Below, piece after piece: positions 13,561 through 25,989 of a DNA stretch of 64,000 nt. The DNA lies in contig MU061748.1 in assembly GCA_013265495.1 (NCBI GenBank), forward strand, positions 21,405,235 to 21,469,234, in the 5' to 3' direction. The notes under the pieces are model-generated. The model worked only from the letters and a program-made list of their open reading frames with translations. It was not told the DNA's origin and did no database searches. The number at the start of each line of letters is the position of its first letter. Position 1 is the stretch's first letter. Position numbers and translations under genes: made by a program. This stretch comes from Vicugna vicugna (taxonomy: Eukaryota).

Positions 13561-15339
13561 ATCTATTATTTTCTCTCATTTTTGAGACAAGAGGCAAAGG
13601 GATTTATCTCACAACAAAGAAAGAAGGGCCAGAATGAATGGGATGGAAGTTAAGCAATAAAAGAAATTGAATAGTCAACTGCTGTGTGCAACTTTAAAGT
13701 CACAAAACCCTAATCATTAAAAGACAGAAACTAATCATATATTTGCCAACCATATATTCCCATTTCAAACTCTGAACCTTCAAAGTAGTTTAACATTTGC
13801 ATTTCAGAAGTTAACTGAACTGAAAGTATAATGAAAATGAAGACAGTGCTTCCTTTTAAAGAAGACTATGAAATACAAACCTCCCAAATCCCATATCCAC
13901 CAAAATTTCCATTTCTCCTTCTCTTTGTGAGGAATAGTGTCTCAGAATAAACCAGGTCACTGTAATCCTGCATCTTAGTCAGAGAAGTAGCTTAGTAAAA
14001 TAAAATAGGTGTTTTCAATAAAGTTGGCATCAATTACTCCCCAAAGAACATGTCCTTATAAAGCTTCAGAAGCCAAAATAAACACCTTGGTGCTCCTGAA
14101 ACAAAAGAATATTTGATGAGAAAAATTATCAGCTTATGAACATCTCAATAATCAAGAAAAGAGATATTATTATTTACAGGTTTTAGTGAAATATTTTGTT
14201 GCTTTTTTCATTATTTAACATTTTATTTGCTGTGCTAGACTAAGCCAGTATTTATTATAGAAGAGCTAAAATGGACAGACTTTATTCCCATTATAAATGG
14301 GAAGCTGGAATAAAAAAGGATGTTTTCTGACACACTATACATCTAAGCCTAAATTTAACAACTTAATATCACATTTTTCAATATTTACAAGTACTGTTTT
14401 CTTGATAACACTGTGAATTCTAAAAGCATATTGAGACCACATGTAAATTATTTAAATTCCATAGCCCTATAAGGGCAAACAAATAAGGAACAGCACATGA
14501 TCATTCAATATATTTCAAGTGAATCAACAAATGAATGTACGGAATAAAAATTTGTTCTACAAATGCCTTTTTACTTATAATAATTTTGGTGGATATGAGC
14601 CAAAAGCAGTATAAGTTGAAAACATTTAGGATTTTCTTTCTTGTGTATTTTGAGGAAAAATTATCCAAGAGAAATATGCATAGCAAAATGTATTTGCATG
14701 TATGAGTGGGATCTAAGATGCCTGATACACTAATTGAAAGGTAAACACATTCTGACATGAGAGTCCCTAACCGTCTAGGGGGACAGGGGAAGAGAAGAGT
14801 GACAGTGCAGGCACTGAGGGCACTGGGAAGATGGGCAGGACAGAATAACTGTACGGAAGCCAAAAAAAGGGATGAGCAAGTGATACAAACTGCAGTTGGG
14901 AGCTGCAACTTCTAATCCCTGATCAAATTCAGAAAGACAGGTAAATCCAGAGATGCCAAGATTTCAATCAACAAATATAACATTTTAAAATGCCATAAAA
15001 AGTTACCAAATGTCATCTTATTTACCAAAAATCCTAAAGTCATATATAATCTGAAATTGACTCTATTTATAAAATGTAAGTGCCAGTCAAATTACCTAAA
15101 TCAATTTATGTAACATTTAAATACGAACTCTGCATGTATTACATACAATCTTAAGTGTTATTTCCAAACTAACCGAATTTGATGTTTACTATATATAATA
15201 TTCCAAGACTCTCCAGTTTTCCTGCATTCAGATAGTATATTAAAAGACAAGAATATATGACAGAAAGCTACAACAGCAAGCACCATGAAATAAAAATAAG
15301 CTTACTAAATACTGCGGAATGAATGCCCCAACCTCTAAA

Positions 15340-15640
15340 AATTAGTCACGTATGGAAGTATCACTCTTAGCCAGCGACTTCACTCCATCCACACCACACC
15401 ATTCTAGTCCAAGACACCATTTTCTTAATGATCTCCCGATGACCACTGACTGACTTTCCAAAGTTCTGGATATTGCAGCCAGAGTGTCTTTTATATAACA
15501 TATATTTAATAGGTCACTCTTCCACAAAAATTCTTCAAGCCCAGGCCTCTCACTGCCTTTGTCAAAGACTACTCTCTGGCAGGGCTGCACAACGTGCTTC
15601 CAGTCTCATCATTCGTGGCCCACAAGCTTCCTTTCAGGTC
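15340..15640 (+). mobile_element. L2 fragment
   Basis: Pyrimidine-rich L2 pattern (tattgcagccagagtgtctttt..cactcttccacaaaa..ttcttcaagcccaggcc). Confidence 0.5.
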
Positions 15641-17339
15641 CTCAACAGTAACTGGGGGCAATTCTCAAGGGAAGCTGTCCTGGGAAATAAAGGCAAAATA
15701 CTGGACCAACACATTTACTCCCCCCTACCTGTGAGGGGGGACACCAGACTTTACAGAAAAAGCCATGGGTCCTACTCCTGATTCTCTGTATAAATTAAAT
15801 TCCTTCTCAATTTCCTCATCTTTAAAGAAAGGAGACTGCTCAGAAGGATCTCTAAGAATCAAGCTCTCCAATTCTGTAACTCTTTCACCACTTACTTCCC
15901 AGAGAGATCGCAGACTCAAAGGTTCCACCCCCATCTCTCTACTCATTTGGTGCATCAAGATTAAGTTCAACGATTTTATTTTTAAGACAGTGTCTGCACT
16001 AAGCCACGGGGCTCTTTGGAAAACAGCTCTGTCTCCAATTTCAAGTCTCACTGCCCTTTTGGACAGCTGTCCTTTGGTTCACCTTTGTTAAAGCAACAGT
16101 GCTTGCCATATATTTCACTAATCAAATACCACTTTATTTGGAGAGCTCCGTCTTAGACTCAACTTATTTATCCTACTAGAGTAGCCTGTGAATAGGTCAT
16201 GGTTCTGCTAATATTGGCAAGGAAATAATTTAGAAGATCATAATCCTAAAAATGTAAAGTCAGTCTAGTATAGAAACACCCTGTCTATTTGATTTCCTGT
16301 TATACACAGTGGGAAGAAGCATAAGCCAATAGATAGAAATGGCTTCTAATGCTCTGAAATTTTGCAGGGATGAAAACAGCTATTTATGCTATTAATTGTG
16401 AAAAAGTTCTTAATATTTTGGAAGTGACTGAGTAATTTAAATCGTGTTGAATTTTGCTAATAATATCAGCTACACCTTCGAATTCTGAACCAAATGTGTA
16501 ATTACCCTAAAATGTCCTGCCAGACAAAACATATTTTGAGAACTTTGTTGGTTTACTGTCCACCTGTGTTTATCCATGGATTATGTACCTGCCTTATAAT
16601 AAAGAAAGAAAAATTTAAGAAACTCATGAAATAGGCTACAAATCCAAATGTCTAGGAAAGTCTGAGAAGCATGGTCAGTTTCCATCACTTAAATGTTTAT
16701 TATTTGCCAGTGATGAAAACAAAGGATTGGTTCCTTTGAGTAAGTTGTAACTTACAAATCAGTGTCACTAATATATATTGAAAATATTTCTTTGGCTAGA
16801 TTATTATTTCCCTGTTATACTGTCAATTTTGATTTCTTTAGAAATGACTGCCTGTAAAGTCAACCACTCAAAATATGGTTTAAAAAGTCAGTATACTTAA
16901 GTATACCTGAATATTGACCATTATTCTGTTTATTTTATATACTAAAGTGTATCTGATCTTTAAACATTATTCTAATTATTTTCCTCCGTTTTCCCATAGA
17001 GAAGAACAAGAAAATCAAATTTTAGTTAATAATGACTTTGTTATATGAACCATTTGACTTTTAGCCATTTCTTCTTTAACAACAAAAAAATGATGTCCTG
17101 AAAAAATATATATAATAATTTCTGTTATCATCAGTAATACTTCTATTAGTTAATGTTCATATTTTGAAAGTACAATGAAAACTGATTTTCACAATGATGG
17201 TTCTATGGCAATGTAAGATTCTGTAGTATTAGCAAAAAGAAATTAAACTTTAGGATTATAGTTACCTACTACCGTAACTCAAATGCTCAGAAAAGCAGGC
17301 AATCTTTTGATGGCATATACAATAAATTAAACGAAAACA

Positions 17340-18040
17340 AATGCTACATTCTTTTCTCTTTTGCTTTTTGTCTTTTTATACGATGTATTTTGGAATAGAT
17401 TATACTGTACATGTTACAACATTCAAAAGGTAAAGCTGGGCATACAATGAAAATTCAGTCTCTCTCCCACACCATCTAGTTCCCTTTCCAAAAGGCAAGC
17501 ATTCTTACTAGTTTCTTGTCCATCCTACATAAAGGGCATGAAACAATCTGTGCTACATATATAACAATTCTGTGTATTTTACACAAGTGCTGTTTTACTA
17601 TATATTCTATGCACTTTTTTTTGTCCTACTAAATATATTCTGGAGGTCCTTCCATATCAGCCCATAACAAGGTGCCCCTGTTTTTTTAATGACTACTTAA
17701 TGTTCTACTGCATACATACACAAAAATGTAGCTAGTCTTTATCAATGAATATTTGAGGAGTTTCCTTCTTTGGCTATTACAAACAATGGCGTAACAAGTA
17801 ACCCCGTATATACATCATCATGTAATTATATCTGTAGGATAAATTCTTAGAGATAGAACTCTTGAGTAAAGGTCATGTGCATTTAAAAATTTTAAAGTTT
17901 ATATTAATTAGTTTTTGCAGCAGTTTCTATCTGCAACTCCTTATTATGAATGAGAATGATATCTTTGCACAAGCCTAAAGCCATTTATATTTCCTTTTCT
18001 GTTGACTGTTTATATCTTTCTGGTATCCACAGAGTCAGGA
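17340..18040 (-). mobile_element. Old L1 (L1ME-like) fragment
   Basis: Antisense L1 text (ggaggtccttccatatcag..tttggctattacaaacaatggc..aggataaattcttaga..aaggtcatgtgcattt). Confidence 0.7.
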
Positions 18041-19751
18041 GAAGGAGGATGGCTTCTCTTCATTTCTGTGCTGCCCTCCAGAAATAAGTAAGAGGAAACT
18101 TTTGCAGGGTGCAGGGCTCCACAAAAAAAAAACCTAGATTGCATACCAACTTAAGATAATTATCAAACACTAAATTCTGGGCAAGTGTTCGTTGCTCTTA
18201 AATATTGTTGCATAAATGTTAAAAGAGGGTGAGAGGGTACCAAAAATTCTACATGGTTAGTTTACAAATAGAATCTTCAACTCATCATAACAACTACTGG
18301 CAAAAATGAAGTTGTATTCTAAATAATATAATAAACTACTAAAACTTGGAAATAATATTTAAAGAGAGAAAAAATAAAACAACCTATTTTCATATTTTAT
18401 TGGATGAAAGACACAAATTTGAGTTTTAGATCTCTAGCAATGACTAGGAGAAAGCTCTGACATATTAATAGAAAAATATGTAACGTGATGAATAAATATT
18501 GGGTTAAGAGATGAAGATAAAATAAGACAAGAACAGGATTTCAAATAAAATAACAAAGGATCCATTTTAATATCTTAAATGAATGTGAAGCTTGTGGATT
18601 TATCTTCAAGCAATGATGCAGTCAATCCCTTACTGAGGTAATAAAGAACAGAGAAAACTTTGCATTCTGAAAATAAGCATTCCTTTTTCACCATAAATTT
18701 ATATTTATTGTTTAATTTTTTTAGAATTTCATAACGGAGAGTTAACTCCAATCTTATAACGTAGATAATCCAAATACTTTGTTGCCAACTCTTTTCATCG
18801 TATCTCATCTTTCAAAACAAATTCATCTGGAGACACTTAATGGTTAGTGGTTATCAGTATCCTCTGTAACAGAACACAGTTTGCAGAGGGAGGGGAAGAT
18901 CCTAAAGAAGCTTCCAGCTATTATAATGCTTCAAACCCACAGGAAGCTTTTATGTTCTATTACTTTGCTCACGTACTAAATTTAAAAGGGGCTCCATTTC
19001 TCATGTGTCAATCTGATGTAAGAATCAAACCTAAGATTGGTTTGTTCCTTCACTCTGAGAATATATCAGCATCATATCCTTTTCCCTCAGCTCACGTCCC
19101 CACTGCTGGCAACTAGCACATTTTAAAAATAAACCAGGAACTTTCAACAGAGTTGTGTAGACAACAGTCAATGCTGTCTGTCTAAAGTTCCTTAGTTTAA
19201 AAAGTCTCATTTTGAACCACATGCCAAACAGAGGTCTCATTCTCCTATCATGCGTATTTGTGGCTGGGATACTGTGAACTAGCTCAAAGCTGTTGCAGAC
19301 AAATACCACTGGCTCACTACTCCTGCTTTACTTGTTGCTGCCACACCAGTTCCTCTAGACATTGTATTACTGTTGTAAAGTCTAAGAAATAGTCTGGTGT
19401 GTCCCAACGTCTGGTGTGGATCACAAACAAACTCACTCTAGGAGTTCATTTACTAGCTTACTGGAAATCAATGTTATTTTAAATATACCCAGACATTCCT
19501 AAATTTAAAGCCTTCCATTTAAAGTAATATAGAAAACTAGGAAAGACAAGTTCAATAAACATATGTAGCAGCTTGGTGTATGTGAATGGAAGCTACTGTT
19601 CTCCTTTAAGTTCACATGCTAATGTTTAACAAGAATAAACGTTCAGTCTGATCTGCAGGACTTTGGGGGTTCCTATTACTCTTTCGAGGGGTCCATAAGA
19701 TCAAAATTATTTTCATCATAATATTATTTGGCTTTTTCATAGTATGGAAAG

Positions 19752-20040
19752 ACTTCATAACTGTATGACTCAACTTATATGAAAATGTCCAACACTGGCA
19801 AATCTATAGCGACAGAAAGCAGATGAGGAATTGCCAGGGATGAGGGGAGGCCAGGAGAGGGAGTGACCACTTAATGGGCTTGGGGTTTCCTTTGGGGTGC
19901 TGAAATGTTCTGGAACTAGGTAGTGGTGGTGGTCTACAACTAAAGAGGCTACTGAACTGTATTTTTAAAATGGTTCAAATGGTGAACTTTACGTTACACG
20001 AATTTTACCACAATAAAAAAACTAAGATTAAAAAAAAAAG
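19752..20040 (+). mobile_element. L1MB-like 3' end with A-tail
   Basis: tgtatgactcaacttatatgaaaatgtcc..ggcaaatctatag..gaaatgttctggaactag..ggtgaactttacg..caataaaaaa. Confidence 0.8.
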
Positions 20041-20849
20041 TTTGTTTTCATATTTTCTGTTATAAGAAGGATTCCAATTATATAAAACTCCAGAAATCCA
20101 AATATCCAAATGCAGAGTGGCCATTACCAGTAATAAAATAGCTCTGGATATCCTCATAATAAAAAAAAATCAGCAACCACACTTATTTGGCAACGAGTGT
20201 GAGAAATCATAACAAAAAACCTCCAATCTCTCTACATTTTTCCTAAAGTTGTAAAAAGGTTTAAGACATCTCATTCACATCTGCATTTTTATAGAGTTAC
20301 AAACATCTTACTGTTATAGATCAAAACTAATAGACAAAATAAATCACAACCAAACACTGCTACAAATTCAGCCACGCTGCAATTAATGACACTTCATAAT
20401 AATCCTTCTTGATTTGATTACAATAAAACATATCACTATAGTTAATTTTTTGAGTAAATGATTTATTTCCTTATAAGCTTATTAAAAAAGGGCACTCTCT
20501 CATTCCTTAACTATAGCCAACAAGTCAAGTGTAACCTGCTGGCAGTTTTCATAGGGAGAAAAAAAAATCTATTAGTAGTAGAATTAATTCATTCTGAACA
20601 AAAAAATTAAAATAAAAAGGTGGGAAAATGTAGCACTACTCTTTCTAATGTTATTTATGTTGGCGGAAATTCCTTCAGTTATTATGTATCAGAGACAAAC
20701 TTAGTATGAGTAAAGTGTCAGGCATTTTGATATTACTCCTAAATATTATACAAAACAAAGGAATTTCATAGTAACAGCAAAATGTGTATGACAGAACCAC
20801 AGCCTTCTTCTAAATAACATATAAACTATAATAGCTATGTTTTTTAAAC

Positions 20850-20913
20850 TTTTTTTTATTGAGTTATAGTCATTTTACAATGTTGTATCAAATTCCAGTG
20901 TAGAGCACAATTT
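20850..20913 (-). mobile_element. Very short (~64 bp) 5'-truncated L1 tail with target-site duplication
   Basis: T-run plus ATTGAGTTATAGTCATTTTACAATGTTG..AAATTCCAGTGTAGAGCACAATTT, flanked by TAGCTATGTTTTTTAAAC (20832-20849) and TAGCTATGTTTTTAAC (20914-20929). Confidence 0.8.
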
Positions 20914-22479
20914 TAGCTATGTTTTTAACCACCAAATTTTCCCACCATAAAACGTAAACAGAGAATAGTTAAGCTAGGTTTTCTGAGGAATGCACTTGAT
21001 CTCCGTGCATTCAGACTAATACGTGTGAAGAGCTGGGACATATGGAACAAAGGCCTTTGAATAAGAAAGTACCTGTTAGAGCTGGGAAACACAGAACCTT
21101 ATATCTTCAGCAGCCTGAAGAAGACAGTTAACAAGAAATGGAAAGAAACAAGAAAAGCAGTGCCAAATTATTTTTCAGGGTTTGAAGAACACTATACATT
21201 TATTTCACTGATTCCTTCCAGTTTACCTCTGAGCCACTGCCATGCACCTCCTTGAATTATCATTATCAAGTTGCCCAGATAGCTAAAGACATCTCTACTA
21301 TAAGTACAAAACTTCAGTTTTCACCACACACTATAAACAAAGGATCTTATTTACCGGCACATTTATTTTTAGATTCCAACAGATTTCAACAAAATTTTCA
21401 GAAACAAGCTACAAGTTCACTTAACATGTTTTAAGAGTAGAAAATGAATTTAAGACTGGAACTGGCATTGATGATACATAAAATAATTAAATAGAAAATA
21501 GAAAACTTGAACCTAAGCAGGAGATACTTTTTAGTGGACAAATTAGGTTGTATGTGGTTTTGATTTCTATGTTACTAAAACAATTTTTTTCAACTCATTG
21601 CAACCTCTACTTTTTCCTAAGAATATGCCAAGTAATGAATTTTTCAGGTTAAAAAAGCAAAAATGATGTTAGTTTGTGATAGTCTGTCTTTAAAAATTAA
21701 ATTACTAAAATTGGTCCCCCTAAATTCTGAAAAATAAAGTGGAACAGTTGTGAAGTATACTAGTATTAGTTTCATATTTTAGAAAGGGTATCCATTTAGA
21801 CCTCTCAAAAAGTTTTGTAGATATCAAAATAATAAGGAGTAATATCCTAGCAACAATTCCACTTGCATCATGCATTACAAATCAGGTATGAAATGAAAAT
21901 AAAGTAATAAGTCTTTTTTGGGTTTTTATCCAAGTAACTTCAAAATTTTCCTGTAAAAGGAATTCGTCTATGTTTTTCTAGACTAGAGACATACCACATC
22001 TACAGTATTTTTCTCAGAAAATCACTTACTGAAACAATTAGGAACTTGTATGAGGATTTTCAGTATTAAATGCTGACCATAATCCCCAATTAGAAACATT
22101 CTCCTATTGGAAACTCCAATAAGGAAAATGTGGTGCTAGTTATTATTGTAGGAAAATAACTTTTCCTTGAATTCAAATGTCAAATATAAACTTCTGCTAA
22201 TGATTTATAGAACCTTTTCAAGTAAACCTAGAATTACCATAAAAAGAATGGTCACTTATCTCTATTACAGAAAAGTCATCAAAAGGAAAATTTAGTGAAA
22301 CATTATCTACCATCATTCAAAGAGGTGCCAAGTCTTTTCTTGATATACAGTGGCTTAGAGTCCCACTGGGAAGTTGGGAAAAGAATAATAACAATAACTT
22401 ATTGGGTCTCAATGAGTTATTTTTAAAACCAGTCTTTCTTGGCTAGATGACAGCTGCAGACGACACATAACACGCTGTA

Positions 22480-23080
22480 CCTCTGGAAAACACATAACTA
22501 TAAAACCAACCTTTAAAGTACGTAAGAAATGCTGCAACTCAACAATGACAACAACGACAACAAAAGACAATGCAGTAAAATATGGGAAAAGATATAAACA
22601 GGCATTCGAGAGAAGAGTAAGCACAACTGGCCAAAAGACATATGAAAATATGTTCACCCTCATTAGAAATCAGGAACATGCAAATAAAAATCTAACAAGA
22701 CAGCATTCTATAATCACTGATCGATAAACTTTAACATTTAGATGACTGTGACTCTTACGCTTTGCTGCTAAAACATAAAATGGCTTTAGCAAACAATCTG
22801 GCATTATCCAGTAAAACAGAAAATTTCACTCCTAGGTATACTCCCTAGAAAAATTCTTTTGTGGGTAGCCAGGAAACATATAACAGACTATTTCAAGCAG
22901 CTTTATTTTGAATAGCAAACAAATAAAAATAAGCTAAATATCCATCAGCAGATGAACAGAGGAATTCTGGATACACCAGGGGAAACATGAACGAATAGCC
23001 ACACACATAGCATGGACAAATCTCAGAAACATAATGGTGCATCAGAAAAGCAAGCTGCAAAAGCTCTTGCGGAAAATGCC
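22480..23080 (+). mobile_element. Old L1 ORF2/3' fragment
   Basis: aaaatatgttcaccctcattagaaatcagg..atgcaaataaaa..cactcctaggtatac..aaatatccatcagcagatgaacag. Confidence 0.7.
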
Positions 23081-23089
23081 AATGCAGCA

Positions 23090-23255
23090 CTGGAACCTGG
23101 CGTCCAAGCTCTCAGCTCTGCCACCTACTGGCTTATTGAGCCTGTGCAATTCTTTAACCTGCTGGGCTTCAGTGTCCTATCATAGAAAGAGTGATACTGT
23201 CACAGGAGGTTCTGTGGATCAAATGAGAAAAGCAAAGTACCTGAGGCACAGAAGA
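23090..23255 (+). mobile_element. MIR
   Basis: ctcagctctgccacctact..tttaacctgctgggcttcagtgtcct..ggatcaaatgaga. Confidence 0.7.
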
Positions 23256-25469
23256 CACAAAACAAATCCAAGTCAGGTATGAAGACTAAGCTGAATCAGA
23301 TCTAATTAGTGGCAATCACAGAATGCTATTTAAAAATGACCAACAGCAACTCAAGGGCCTTATTAGGGTCTCAAAGACAGACAATTTTTATACAAACGGC
23401 TGTTACCTTGAAGACAATGACTTAATATTTATAATGTCACTTAAGGAAAACAAAGATATACTCCTATTTCTCCCTTTCCTCCCATGACAATAAATATCTA
23501 AAGAACCACAGCTCTTAAAATGCCCCACATATGTACTTTTCAAATGGAAAATCAGATCTTAAAGTGCTTTTTAAATTTAAGCTAAGGGCTCTTTATTGCC
23601 ATACAAAATGTTTTTTAAAAATTCTGGTAAATTTAATCAATACTGCAAAGCCAAATGCCTAAGAACTGAGGGTAAAATAAGATATAAGAACAGATGGTTC
23701 TCAAATACAGTTATTTCTCAACAGTACTGTGAAGTCAGCTTTTAAAAGGTGTTATCCAAAACACAATAATTGCATTACCCAAAATCTACACAAGTTTAAT
23801 CAACATTTGTACTAAATAACAGAATTTTAAGTCTTCAGTCACTTACAAATTGTTATTAGTAGACTGAGAGCTTTCCTTCCCCAAAAAAACATATTTGGTA
23901 AGGTTGGTTGTTTCCCAAGGGCTACAAAATTCTTAATATTTCCCCCTTAAATTCTCCTACCAGAATTTTTGCCAAATAATTATTTCCTCATTGTATGTGT
24001 ATTTTTATATTTGCACTAATACTTACTATAAGTGTACCTCTATTTTTTGTAACTGCACTATTTTATCTGTCATATATGATCAATAATATGTCTTTTACTA
24101 AATTAATCTTTAAAAGCTTTTCTTGGCTTCAGTACGGGTTGCAAAGTTAAAACGCAATTATAAACTAAATTTACCAATGGAGAAATAAAGGGTAATGGAA
24201 AAAAATCAAACCAAAAGCAGGACTGGAGACAAAATGGAAAATATCCCAATATCTAATCTTATTCTCTTAACATCATAGTTGTAATCAAGGGCACTCCTCT
24301 GTCACTTTTAACACATGCTAAAATATAAAATTCTACACAAATCTGAAGATCCAAAAAATGAAATTCCGAACACATCCCATTAGTATATGTAAATGAGTGT
24401 TATCTTTTGCAAAATCAAGCATAAATTCTAATGCCATTCCATCAGCTCCACTCAGAAATTACATCTAAATACTAAACACAAATAATAAAACTGCTATGTA
24501 CTCAAAATTAAGAAGTGGTGTTATATCAATAAAACTGTATACTGGAACACAACTTTTTATAAAAACAATACTGAACTTAGATTTGGAGGAAAAAAAATTC
24601 TTTGATAAGCATGCTAGTCCTAGTTTAAAATAGGATAATACTAAATTTAAAGTGAATTTTAAGTTTTCACACGATATTTGAGTTCTTTACGATGTATTTG
24701 ACAACGCAAAGATGATTTTTCCATTTGAAGGGCAGAGGTAAACTAAAGATAGGGGTTAGGTAAATTATTAGCTCAGAGTTGAGTTACTTTGAACATATTA
24801 AATCTAAAGAGACAGCAGGATTTGAAGAAGTTGGTCAAAGGTCACTTAGGATATAATAGCAAGAGATTCAAATAATGAATTCATAAAAAGCTCTCTGCCT
24901 TTTCTTTAAAAAAAAAATCAAACTCTCTGGAGTTGAGAATCCCACATTAAAGTTTCTACATTTCTGAAAAAAAAAAACTTTTTTCAGAACAAATAGCTCT
25001 CATAAATTTTACTACAGCTTATCCATTGTTAGGATTAAAATATTAGTAATAATTCAAACATCTCTCACAATATTGAGAATTTTTTAGTCACGTCACCCTG
25101 CCTTTCAATCATTATAAAAGAACATGTTGGGCTAAAAATAAGCATGCTAGACACTGCTTCAGTATAAAAGCAAACATATCAACATTAGCACTGTTTGCTT
25201 TTTCAATTAGCTTCTTTTTTAATTAGCAATTTCTAAACCCATCCATGCTAGAACTGAAACAACATGGCTCTTTCAAGAGCAAAGAATGAAAACAGCTTCC
25301 TTTAGTTTGAAAAGATCTGGGAAGCAAGTGTAGGGAATTACACTTTCATACAAACTCTTAACAAAGAACAGCCAACACAGTAGTTCGGAATTAAATAGTG
25401 CTTTACTTAAATAATACTGGGTCCCTTGTAAATCCTCAAGAAATATATCCATAGAAAACAGCTTTACCA

Positions 25470-25645
25470 TCACCTACTGTGTGATCTTGGCTAGGATGCT
25501 TAACCTCTCTGGGTCTCAATTCTTCATGTCTAAAGATGTGAATAATAACAGTACTTATCTCATGGGGCTGCTATAAGAAGTAAATGAGATAATGCAAATC
25601 TCTTTACCGAGCACACAGTAAAAGCTTAAAATATGTTAGCTATTC
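25470..25645 (+). mobile_element. MIR
   Basis: ctactgtgtgatcttggc..taacctctctgggtctcaattcttcatgtctaaa..aataataacagtacttatctcat..taaatgagataatgc. Confidence 0.8.
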
Positions 25646-25966
25646 AGGTGGATATTTTCTAACAGATTTCAAAGCTCTAAAAGACACCTGGTTTTCCACA
25701 CAAATATATAGGCACAGTAAATAAGAGTATTTGTGAAAACATGAACAGGGATGGGTATGCTGATCCACAGGCCAGAGTAGTGCCTGAAGCATAGCTAAAA
25801 CATACCTCTTTTGAATTAAAGAATAATGAGGCTAGAGTATTTAGTACAACTTGTGGAACACAAAATCGTATTATATCATTCATTAAGTAATAGAATGGTA
25901 CATTACCTCTGGTTTTCATGGGAAAAAGTTAATTCTGCCCAAACATATCTTTGCTAAATACAGGTT

Positions 25967-25989
25967 GTGTGTGTGTGTGTGTGTGTGTG
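25967..25989. repeat. (TG)n microsatellite, about 11 units
   Basis: Read directly. Confidence 0.9.

Noticed and set aside
15725-16091. Pair of overlapping 108-aa ORFs on opposite strands
   Set aside because: No recognisable domain, splice context or codon bias. The length is within chance for 64 kb scanned in six frames with alternative starts.
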